Position numbers and translations under genes: made by a program. A stretch of 64,000 nt of DNA from the human T2T-CHM13v2.0 reference genome, Homo sapiens: the NCBI RefSeq assembly GCF_009914755.1, contig NC_060930.1; one strand, written 5' to 3'. The notes under the pieces were generated by a model. The model was not told the origin of the DNA, searched no databases, and saw only the letters and a list, made by a program, of their open reading frames with translations. Shown here in pieces: positions 1 through 10,632 of this stretch. Numbering within the stretch: the stretch's first letter is position 1; every line of letters begins with the position of its first letter.

Positions 1-73
1 GTTAAAAATAGTTTAGTATGAGTTCAAATGTAGGAGGAGAGGGATATAAAATTTGAGAGTTAAGCATTGGACC

Positions 74-446
74 TGTGTAAGTCTATTCTCATGCTGTTAA
101 TAAAGACATATCTGAGACTGGGTAACTTATAAAGGAAAGAGGTTTAATTGACTCACAGTTCAGGATGGCTAGGGAGGCCTCAGGAAAGTTAGAATCATGG
201 CAGAAGGGGAAGCAACCATGCCCTTCTTCACATGGTGGCAGCAAGGAGAAGTGCCAAGCAAAAGGAGAAAAAGCCCCTTATAAAACCATCAGATTTAGTG
301 AGAACTCATTATCATGAGAACAGCATGAGGGTAACTGACCCCCATGATTAAATTACCTCCCACAGGGTCCCTCCTGAGACATGTGGGGGTTGTCAGAACT
401 ACAGTTCAAGATGAGATTTGGGTGGGGACAGAGCCAAACCATATCA
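74..446 (-). mobile_element. THE1-family (MaLR) solo LTR
   Basis: Reverse complement starts TGATATGGTTTGGCTCTGTCCCCACCCAAATCTCATCTTGAACTGTAG, a typical THE1 5' end. GACC flanks both sides. Confidence 0.9.
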
Positions 447-809
447 GACCAAACATAAAAGTCTAAGAAGCTTTGACTTTTAAGACAACATTAGGAAGTG
501 CTTGAAGGTTTGTAAACAGTGGCACCACAAAAAAAAAAAAAAAAAAAAAAGCTGTGTTTTTGAGATAGCTTCAGAGGCTACAATACAGAGTGTACATTTA
601 AATACAATCAATAGATTAAAATGAAATAAACAGGGAAATGGTTTGAGAACATGCATAGTAATCACAATGAGAAACATTACAGTGACTTCAACTAAGTAGA
701 GCAAGAAAAACACTAATATACAGCTACTGCGAGTGCAAGTGAATGCAGTAAATTTGGAAAAGAGTGTGGCAGTATCTAGTTGAAGATACACTTTTCTTAC
801 CAGCAATTC

Positions 810-1779
810 TGTAATCACTTGACAGGTTCTTCTTGTCTGCTGCGCAGAAAAGCCAATGCAGTGAGAACAGCAGGTTTTGCAGCAAAGAAAGAGTTTAATA
901 ATTGCAGGGCCAGCCAAGTGGAAGGATGAAAGATAATGCTCAAATCCACCTCCCTGAGCATTTGGAGGCCAGAGTTTTTCAAGGATAGTTTGGTGGACAG
1001 GGGGTAGGGACTGGGGAATGCTAATTTGTTGGGTAAGGGATGAAATCATAAAGGGTCAAAGCTGTCTTCTTGCACTGAGTCAGTTCCTGGATCAGGGGTT
1101 CATGAGACCAGCTGAGCCAGTTTTTTTTGTTGTTTGCTTTTTGTTTTTTTGTTTTTTTGAGACGGAGTCTCACTCTGCCACCCAGGCAATGGTGCGATCT
1201 CGGCTCACTGCAACCTCCACCTCCTGGGTTCAAGCGATTCTCCTGCCTCAGCCTCCTGAGTAGCTGGGATTACAGACGCGCACCACCATGCCTGGCTAAT
1301 TTTTATGTTTTTAGTAGAGATGGGGTTTCCCCATGTTGGTCAGGCTAGCGGCTTTTTGTTTGTTTGTTTGTTTTTTAATGGGTTACCTGTCCAGGTGACA
1401 TCAGCTGGTCCATCAAAATACAGGGTCTAAAAAATACATCAAGCACCAATCTTAGGCTTTACAGTAGTGATGTTATCTATAGGAGCAACTGAGGAGGCTA
1501 CAATCTTGTGACTTCCAGCTACATTATTCCTGAACCATAATTTTAACCTTATGCCTAATTTGTTAGTTTTACAAAGGTAGTTTCAGTCCCTTAGCAGGGA
1601 GGGGTTACTTTTGGGAAGCAGCTATTATCATCTTTGTTTTAAAATTAAACTATGAATTCCTCCATAGTTAGCTTGGCCTATGCCCAGGAATGAACAAGGA
1701 CAGTTTGTGAAGTTAGAAGCAAGATAGTCAGCTATGTTAGATTTTTCTCACTGTCATAATTTTTGCAAAGATGGTTTCA
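810..1779 (-). mobile_element. ERV1 solo LTR, LTR8-like, interrupted by an Alu
   Basis: TG...CA ends; minus strand starts TGAAACCATCTTTGCAAAAATTATGACAG; 4-bp TSD ATTC at 806-809 and 1780-1783. Subfamily assigned from memory. Confidence 0.75.
1121..1347 (-). mobile_element. 5'-truncated Alu
   Basis: T-rich tail followed by GAGACGGAGTCTCACTCTG...CTCCTGCCTCAGCCTCC...TTTTTAGTAGAGATGGGG. Confidence 0.95.
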
Positions 1780-2121
1780 ATTCCACTCATTTTTGCATAG
1801 AAAATGCATGCTTATGTGTACCAGGATACACATTCAGGAATGTTTAGAGTGGCATCATTTGTAATAACTGAAGGATAGATATAATGTAATAGCTATCAAT
1901 GGCAATATGGTTATACAAACTGTGATGTGTTCATACGTGGAAGTCTGTATTGCAATGAACAGTATCAGGCAAGTGGTCATCCAACAACATAGATGGAATT
2001 TAAAAACATAATGAAAAGTTGATATCAAAGAAGCCAGATCTAATAATATCCTAAATGATTCCATGTGTATAAATATTGAAAACATACATGTATACATGCA
2101 TGCATGTATACATACATACAC

Positions 2122-2483
2122 TCAGAAGAGTTTGGAAAAGGAAGACTTGCTGAGTCTTCTGGCCTCCATCTTTCTCCCATGCTGGATGCTCCCTGCCCTC
2201 AAATATTGGACTCCAAGTTCTTCGGCTTTTGGACTCTTGGATTTACACCAGTGGTTCGCCAGGGGCTCTTGAGCCTTTGGCCACAGACTAAAGGCTGCAC
2301 TGTCAGCTTCCCTACTTTTGAGGTTTTGGGACTCGGACTGGCTTCCCTGCTCTTCAGCTTGCAGACAGCCAATTGTGGGACTTCAGCTTCCGATTGTGTC
2401 AGTCAGTACTTCTTAATGAACTCCGCTTCATATACACATCTATCCTGTTAGTTCTGTCCTTCTAGAGAACCCTGACTAATACA
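2122..2483 (+). mobile_element. MLT2A-type (ERVL) LTR, 3' part
   Basis: Contains GGCTGCACTGTCAGCTTCCCTACTTTTGAGGTTTTGGGACTCGGACTGGC and ends CTAGAGAACCCTGACTAATACA, characteristic of MLT2A. Confidence 0.8.
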
Positions 2484-2490
2484 GATCTAG

Positions 2491-3508
2491 GTGTACATAC
2501 AAACAGATTTTGTGTACATACATACATGTATACACACATACACGTATACAACATACATCCCTACACATGCCTGTGTGCACACATACATGTACACGTGCAT
2601 GCAAGAATACGTGTCCATACATACGTGTGCACATCCACACACATGCCTACACACATGCATGTGTGCACACATGTGCACACACAAACATGTATGCAAATGC
2701 ATGCACACACAAATAACATATGTGTGCATACATGCATGTACACACATGCACACACGTGCACATACATATGTGCATACACACATAATGCATGTACAATATA
2801 TACATACATGTAGGCACACATGAGCACAATGTATACATGTACACATGCATATATGTGCATACACATGTACACATGTGTAAACAAATGCATGCAAACATGC
2901 ATGTGCACATTTATGCGTACACGAATACCTACACACAAACATACAAACATTCTGTGTACACACATACATGGATACACATGCATGCATGCACACACACACA
3001 TGCATCCATGCCTGCAGGCATGCATGTGCAGACATATGTGTACACAAATGCATACCCGCAGATGCATGTACACATGAGTACACACACATACATATAGTTA
3101 TACACATATGTAGATGCATGTGCACACAGGTGCACATACATATATACATACACGTGTGTATTCACGTGTACATGCATGTATGTACGTATGCATGTGCAGA
3201 TACACGTGTAGAAACATACACACACGTAATGTACACATATGTATAGTGCACATATGCACGCACTTGTACACACATTTAGGCATACACATGCATATGTAGA
3301 TGCATGTGTACATGCATGTATACATCTACACATGCACAGACACACATACATGTACACATGCATACTGTGTACATAATACATGTATACAGATACATGTGTG
3401 CATGCACGTGTACACACATGCATGCATACACACATGCATTTGTAGATATATGTGTAGGTGTGTACACACAACATACACATATGCATCCACACATACACAT
3501 ATACATAT
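2491..3508. repeat. ~1 kb degenerate alternating purine-pyrimidine (CA/TA/TG) low-complexity tract
   Basis: Near-continuous CATA/CACA/TGCA/TGTA units. It is the source of the many spurious H/T/C/M/V-rich ORFs. Confidence 0.95.
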
Positions 3509-5773
3509 GAGGTGGCATGTTCAGCTTTCAAGAGGACCATCAGGGACTTTGTCACCTTGACAACTTTAGCCTTGCCTTCTAGTCACCTTGCCGGAACACT
3601 TGTGCCCGTGTTTTTCTAGCACTGTCATAAGAATACTTTTACCTATCAAGGCAACTGGGGGTTAGGAGAGCTTTTTGCACAGGAGGCTACTTGGCTTTGT
3701 TTGAAAACTGATGATACATGAGGATTGGGGTGGTGAATCACTCACATGTTTCTTCATATGAAAAATGAGGACTGTGGGATTCTCTGGCTGGATCTCAGCA
3801 CCTAGAAATGGATCTGGGCAATAGGAACTGCTCAGTATTAGCTACCGCTTTGGTTGCCTTCTCCTTGCGGAAAGCTGGCCTCTCACACTGAATTTGTATC
3901 ATAGGCACTCATGAGGGTCTTGACTGTATCAATATCTGATGAGAGATTTTAGTGCAGTTCTGTTATCGTGGCTGATTTGCTCATTTGGTAGCTAGCATCC
4001 AGCTTCTTGTGAACATTAAAATAAAATAAAATAGATTATGGAGGAATAGAATACAGATACGTAGTAAGGTATTATTTTCCAGACAAAATGGATTTGGATA
4101 AAAGAATCTAATTAAGAACTTGTGCATGATTCTTTTAAAATTCTTTTGAATCCATTTTTTTTTTTTTTTGGCCTGTTTTCAAGTCTCCGATTTTTGTCAC
4201 CCTTCTCACACCAGGTCAGAGAGATAGCTAATGGTCAGAAGGAATCTTCCAGCAATGACCATAGCGCTTTCTCCTGCCTGCAGATGCCTCTTTTTATTCA
4301 GCCTTTATGGGAAGTAGCAGCACCATCCAGTTCTCAGAGAGCAAGCTCTGGAGTAACTGAGCTAACCCCAGTTACCCCAGTGGATTTACAGATTGAGGTT
4401 ACAACCCAGCAGGGTTCTCTTCCTGGAAAGAATAGCCTTCCCTCTAAGGTTTCAAATAGACCCTGGGTGAGGAAGGAGCCCTAAACAGCTTGAAAAATTG
4501 AATGCTCTTTGGGCAAAGCAGGAAGCCGTCCTATGGAAGAGCATCATTTGAGCATAAATCAGGTTATCAGGACAAACAGAGTGTTCAGGAGGTCAAGATG
4601 GTTAAGCAGAGACCCTGACCAGAATGTCCGTGGCGGAGAGAAACAATCTTGTTGGGAAAAGGATGACAATAATTGGGGACTTAGAATAAAGGCTAAAAAT
4701 GATTCAAAGAGAATGCAAAAAGAATCAGGCACAAATCGTTTACTATACTCTGTTATGCAAATCTCACCTTACTATGTGTTTGTATTCTATTCCTCCACAA
4801 TCTTTATTTTATTTTAATGTTCAAAGAGACTTGTAGGTGCCAATTAAATGAACAAAACAGCCAGAGACAACAGAACTGCCCTAAAAAAAGTCCCGCATCA
4901 GCTCTTGAGAGCAGGTTCCTTAAAGGTGAACAATATTCCACATACAAGGACTTTTTCAGCACCATGCATTAGAAATGGAAGTGAATGTTTATTATTTTTT
5001 GTATAAGTGGGTTGATATGGCTTTTCAGCTTCCCTCAGTATCATTATCCAAATTTTGTAGATGACACTAAAGCTCAGAGGAGTTAAACCATTTTCCTTAA
5101 ATCACATAGCTTTAAATAGGAAAACCAGATATGAAAAGCAGATTTTTTTTCTAAATTAAAAAACCAAAAACAAAAACACGTGAGCTCTTGCTTTACCCTA
5201 GCACATAGTCTTGCCATCTGTTTTCTCCACACCAGGTGATTCCTGTAACATTCATTCACATAACAAATACAAATAAATGAGTGGATTCATTCATCAGATA
5301 TTAATTCAGAATCCCTTTTGTGCCTTCCAGAAATCTGGACCATCTCACAACCCCCAGAGAGTCTCAGCTACAAGGAACAAGTGATAATGCCATCCCACTT
5401 TTATAAACACACACACACACACATGCAATACACACACAATCATTTAATCATTTTTAATTATTTAATTATTTTTTAAAAATCAGTGACACTTTAGCTGGGC
5501 AGGTCTAGATAGGTCTTCTTTGCTGGGACGTGTCTTTTTCTGTCCTGGAATACCCTAAACTTCACATTTTGGCAGCGTGAGTTTTCCCTTTGTGACTTTC
5601 TCCTTCTTCCCTTTTTTCCTCCTTCTTTGCAGAGAATGAGTAGCCACTGCACCTTGCCCTGCGCCATCAATGAGAAGATCTGCTCTTAGTAGAGCCCTGC
5701 TTTCCCGCTGAAGGCCCTGAAATCACCTGTGTTCCAGGCCACCCACTAAGGATAAACAAAGCTTCCCTGATAT

Positions 5774-5846
5774 GGGGAATTAGCTCAAGTGGTAGAGCGC
5801 TTGCTTAGCATGCAAGAGGTAGTGGGATCAATGCCCACATTCTCCA
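5774..5846 (+). tRNA. TRA-AGC: tRNA-Ala(AGC), T-loop variant ATCAATG
   Basis: 73-nt cloverleaf: acceptor GGGGAAT/ATTCTCC-A with G3:U70; anticodon arm CTTGC-TTAGCAT-GCAAG; T-stem GTGGG/CCCAC. Confidence 0.92.
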
Positions 5847-6049
5847 AGCTTTATTATTTAGGTACCCAAACCCGAGTCAGTGTCTGAGAGCAAGACACTG
5901 CTCTCGGTGTCTTTGGTTCAAGACATAGGAGCAGCAACAATACAGGACTGGTGACAGCTTCCTGCTGGCATTCAGTATAGTGTAGATCTACTGTGTAATT
6001 AATTTTCTGTTTCTTCGAGGAGCTGTGAAACCAAAGGACATATAAAACT

Positions 6050-8430
6050 GCTCTTTTCTCCCTGTTTCTGCCTGCAGCTTGGTCCTAAATGTGAGACAAT
6101 TGTGAAAAGTGGAGGACAGAGCCACCTGGTTAAATACAGCCCCAGCTTTCTGGTGAGAGGACTGAAACCAAGATGTGTCAAGTAACTAGAATGTGCCTGG
6201 ACAGATACTGTAGAAAGCAAAACCATAAAGTTGTTCATGAGCTTGTGGACGCACCTGCCAGCTGTGAATAAGTGGCTCTAATCCCGAACAACTTACCTAA
6301 AAAGAGCCTGAGAGCTGAACTGTGCAATGGCCCACTTTCCAGTCCTCACTGACCACTGGGTTGCACACACTTTGGAGATCTCTGAACAGCAGTGTCAAGG
6401 CTTTCAAATAGAGTTATCTTTGAAACGACAACACATGAAAGTCTGGTTGGTACTTGGAGCTTAAATACAAGGCAATTGTGTGCCTGCAAAAACAAAAATA
6501 GCAATATTATCCTTAAGATTTCAACAAGACACAGTGTCTCATCACATAATCCAAAGAAGTCCAGGTTACAAGCCCCACAATATTCAGCATTATGAAAAAA
6601 CAGGGAGATCTTAATTCACATGGCAAAGAGAATCCTCGAATAACAATATTGAGAGGACACAGATGTCAAAATCATCTGACACATACATTAAAGCAGATAT
6701 TATAACAATGCTCCTAGAATCGGGGATAACATTCGTGAAGTGAATGGAAAGTTGGAAAGTCTCACCAAATATTTCGAATACATAAACACCAATTTAAACT
6801 TAAGAATTAAAAAAATGTATTAACCAAAACTCTTAGGGGAAATAAAAAGCTTAATTGGAGGATCTCCATAATCGAATGCAGAAGACTAAGGAAAAAGTCA
6901 ATGAACTTGAAAACAGAACACGAATACCTACATAATCTGAACTATAGAGAGAAAGGAGGATTTTATTGTCTCTGAACAGAGGCTCAGGCACAAATAAAAA
7001 ATAACAAATCCAACATTCACATTATTGTAATCTGGAAAGAAGAGGACAAAGTGGTCTTTGTGGGATAAAACTTTGAACAATTAATAGCTGAAAATGGTTC
7101 AAATTTGTCAAAAGATATAAACCAGATTTTTAAAGTTCAGTAAATGTCAATCAGGATAAACCCAAAGAAACCCATAGCAAGGCATATCATAATCAAACTG
7201 CTGAAAACTAAGAAAATACAAAACAATTTTGAAAGCAGCCAAAGGGAAATGAAAGAGAAACTACCAAATGAATGATTGTAGATTTCGCATCAGGAACCAT
7301 AGGGGCCAGAAAAAATGTCATAACATTCGGTAAGTAACAAAAGAAAAAGACATATCGACCCAGAATGCTATGTGGAGCAAAAGTATCTTCCAGACATAAA
7401 GGCAAATAAATGCATTCTCAGTGGAAGGTAAGTAAATACATTCTCATTCTTAGGAAGACTGCTGGAAAAGAATTAGCAAAGATTTGAGATAAGAAAAATG
7501 ATACCAGAAGGAAACTTAGAACATCATCAGTGAAGGAACAAAAGCAGAAATAGAACATGTCTGGGTAGACATAACAGACTATTATTCTTCCCTTGAGTTC
7601 CTTAAGGTATGTTTGATGATTGAAAGCAAAAATTGTAACTTTATCAGAAGCAGTTGTCATTGTATCTAGATGTACTACATACAGAAGATAAAAGGGTAAG
7701 TGTAATGGGACTAACTCTTGATGAAGTTTCTTTATTCAACTTGAATGGTAAAATATTGATTCTAAGTATACTGTGAAAGGTTATATATGTATATGGTAAA
7801 CCCTAGACCACCTACTAACAAGATTTAAATAAACCAAAACAAGATAGAAAGAGGAACATAGATGAATTAAAACAAAGGGAAACAAGGTTAATACATTATT
7901 AAATAATAGACCTATCTAAAAACTTATCTATAATGACATTACATGTAAATAATCTAAACGCATTAATTAAAAACTAGAGATCATCAGAATGTGTTAAAAA
8001 TAAATATGCTGACTAAAGAAAGCCACCTGCTATACACATATATAAGAATAAAAGTTATAGAGCAGATTGAAAGAAAAGAGTGGGAAAAGATACCTCATGC
8101 AAGCACTAATCAAAGACAGCTGTGGTGTATATATAAAAAAATCAGACAAAGTAGATTTGAAAGCAGAGAAACTTTTCAGGAATAATGAGGGCTGCTAAAT
8201 AATTATGATTGTCAATTTTCCAGGGGAATATTGTCCCAAGTGTATATGAGAACATAGAGCTTCAAAGCTCATAAACAAAATTGGATACGCAAGGTAAAAA
8301 CAGAAAAATCCAATTAGAGTTGCCGACACTAACACTCCTCTCTCGGTAATTGGTAGACTTAGTAGAAAACAAATCAGCAAACATATTGGAGAATTAAACC
8401 ATACCATCCAGTAATGGACCTATTAACTTC
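6050..8430 (+). mobile_element. Old degenerate L1M fragment (5' region/ORF1/start of ORF2)
   Basis: A-rich with ORF1-like CATATCATAATCAAACTGCTGAAAA and endonuclease-like CAGACAAAGTAGATTT; no open frame. Repeated in the other cassette copies. Confidence 0.7.
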
Positions 8431-8874
8431 ATAATGCAAAATAAAAATTTAGGTAGAAGGCAAAGACAAAAGTTAAAAGAAAAGATCATGTTATAACCAG
8501 GAAATTAAGAGTAGTCCAGCATATAGAAGAGTGCTATTATTGGAAGAGTTATTTAGTTATTTTGAGACATTTTTTGAAAGAGTTATTTAGCTGGAAATGA
8601 CAGAAAGACTGAAAATGGTGAATCTGGAGGTGGATCTCCCCTTGTCCATATTTATTTTGTCTTTTTTTGAGGTCTAGGGTGTCTATACTTCCTCTGAATT
8701 ACCTACAGTGTCTGGCACAGAGCATCTCCCCAGTGAATATGTATTAAATGAGTAGAAAGTAATTTATAGATTCAAAAGAACTGGGCAAGAATAATGTTCA
8801 TTATTTGACAAATCCTTGAATGTAGTGTTTGAAGGAAGACAATAAGTCAAAGTTGACTTGAAAGGTAAGCCCAA

Positions 8875-9200
8875 GTCCAGACTCTTTTCTGTAATCCCAG
8901 CACTTTGAGAGGCCGAGATGGGCAGATCCCGTGACACCAGGAGTTTGAGACCAGCCTGGACAACACAGTGAAACCCTGTCTCTACAAAAAATACAAAAAT
9001 TAGCCAGGTGTGGTGGTATGCATCTGTAGTTCCAGCTACTCAGGAGGCTGAGGTGGGAGGATCGCTTGAATCTGGGAGGCGGAGGTTGCAGTGAACAGAG
9101 ATTGCACCGGTGCCTGGACAACAAAGTGAGACCCTGTCATAAAATAAAATAAAATAAAATAAAATAAAATAAAATAAAATAAAATAAAATAAAATAAAAT
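8875..9200 (+). mobile_element. Old Alu (AluJ-like) with (TAAAA)n tail
   Basis: TGTAATCCCAGCACTTTG...GAGTTTGAGACCAGCCTGG...GGAGGATCGCTTGA; pentamer tail at ~9140-9200. Confidence 0.93.
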
Positions 9201-9211
9201 AGTTAAACCCA

Positions 9212-9482
9212 GGCTGGGAGGGGTAGCTCACACATGTAATCACAGCACTTTGGGAGGCTGAGGTGGGCGGATCACCTGAGGTCAGGAGTTTGAGACCAGC
9301 CTGGCCAACATGGTGAAACCCCATCTCTACTAAAAATACAAAAATTAGCTGGGCGTGGTTGCAAGCACCTGTAGTCCCAGCTACTCAGGAGGCTGAGACA
9401 GGAGAATTACTTGAACCTGGGAGACAGAGGTTGCCGTGAGCCAAGATCTCACCAGTGCAGTACAGCGTGGGTGACAGAGCAA
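9212..9482 (+). mobile_element. AluS-like, tail lost
   Basis: GGATCACCTGAGGTCAGGAGTTTGAGACCAGCCTGGCCAACATGG. Confidence 0.93.
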
Positions 9483-10332
9483 GTAAGTAAAGAGGAGGTT
9501 TGGAATTAGATATTTGGTGTATGAATGAATGGGCTAAAGTGCAAAAGAACAGGCAGAATAACTGAGCTGGTACAGAGGAAAAAAATCACACTTAAAATCT
9601 AAAAGTATCTGCTTCTCAATTTGGGCTTTCCCACTTAGCAGCTTTGACACCTTAGAAAGAACACTTAACTTACCTGAGCTTCTATTACTTCTAAAAAGTG
9701 CATAAAGTGCAGGCTAAGACATAGTTTTTTTGGCAAAATTCAGTCAGACTACATCAAGTAAACTCCCTAAGTCTCCTAGTATAATTCATGGCACAAAAAC
9801 TGGGGAAAAAACAGGGAGGATATGATTATAAGTTCAGTTTGGGTTTTTTGTTGAGTGAATGTCTCCAGTCATAGAGATGCAAGTGTAGATACACAGTAAG
9901 AGTAGTATGAACAGGAGACACCTTGGAAGGCTATTTCTTCCTTCATTCATTCAGTTGGTCACTCAATGAACTATCATGAATTGAGCACTACCTCTGTTTC
10001 TTATCAACAAAGGAGACTACGGAAAAGAAGAGTGACTAAGATCTCTGAAGAAGGGAAAAGCTAGATGACTGGGCCACAAGAGGAAAAAAAGCAGCAAGAC
10101 AGGTACAATTGTTTCTGGTCCCTCAAGCCAGAAGGTCCTATCATTATGTGAATACTGGAAACGGGTGGACTCCACCTGTCCTGAGTGGGGAATTCTTCCA
10201 GTGCAGCACTGGCTGATAAGCAGTGATTTCCAAGTAGCATTGATTGTGTTCTTTAAAAGCTAGGAATTGAAAAAGCAGCAGTGTGTGGGAAATGAGATTT
10301 AATAATCTGGATCTCAGCTCTTAGGAACAGTT

Positions 10333-10405
10333 GCTCTCTTAGAGCAGCAGGCCACCTGTCAATCTCGTATTCTGAAGGTCCTGAGTTTGAACATCAGACA
10401 AGGTA
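10333..10405 (+). pseudogene. tRNA-Met(CAT)-derived pseudogene (anticodon now CGT)
   Basis: Aligns ungapped over 73 nt to the intact Met gene at 33870. D-stem and acceptor are disrupted; B-box is GAGTTTGAAC. Confidence 0.85.
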
Positions 10406-10526
10406 CAGCTTTTGCTGCTCTTTCCGTTAAGGGAAATGAAATAGGTGTGATAAATAATGTAACACAAATGCTATGAGATAATGATTTCAAGACAGTCCAA
10501 ATGTTAGCTTAAAATTTAAAAATGAG

Positions 10527-10530
10527 CTTT

Positions 10531-10584
<54 letters not shown>

Positions 10585-10632
10585 TTTCTTCTTTCTTTCT
10601 TTCTTTCTTTCTTTTTCTCTTTTTCCTTCTTT
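10527..10632. repeat. (TTTC)n microsatellite
   Basis: Direct reading; paralogous tract at ~42964-43135. Confidence 0.95.

Noticed and set aside
480-1049. 189-aa minus-strand ORF
   Set aside because: Runs across an LTR, a decayed repeat and a poly(A) run; no recognisable domain.
2487-3560. Many overlapping ORFs up to 220 aa rich in C/V/M/H/T/Y
   Set aside because: Artefact of the alternating RY repeat, which rarely produces stop codons; low complexity in all frames.
4509-4817. Recurrent similar ORFs (4509, 12711, 35572; also 6392, 15488, 38326) suggesting a gene family
   Set aside because: Similarity comes from recent DNA duplication. Starts are mostly non-ATG, frames and ends differ between copies, and the frame is broken in older copies.
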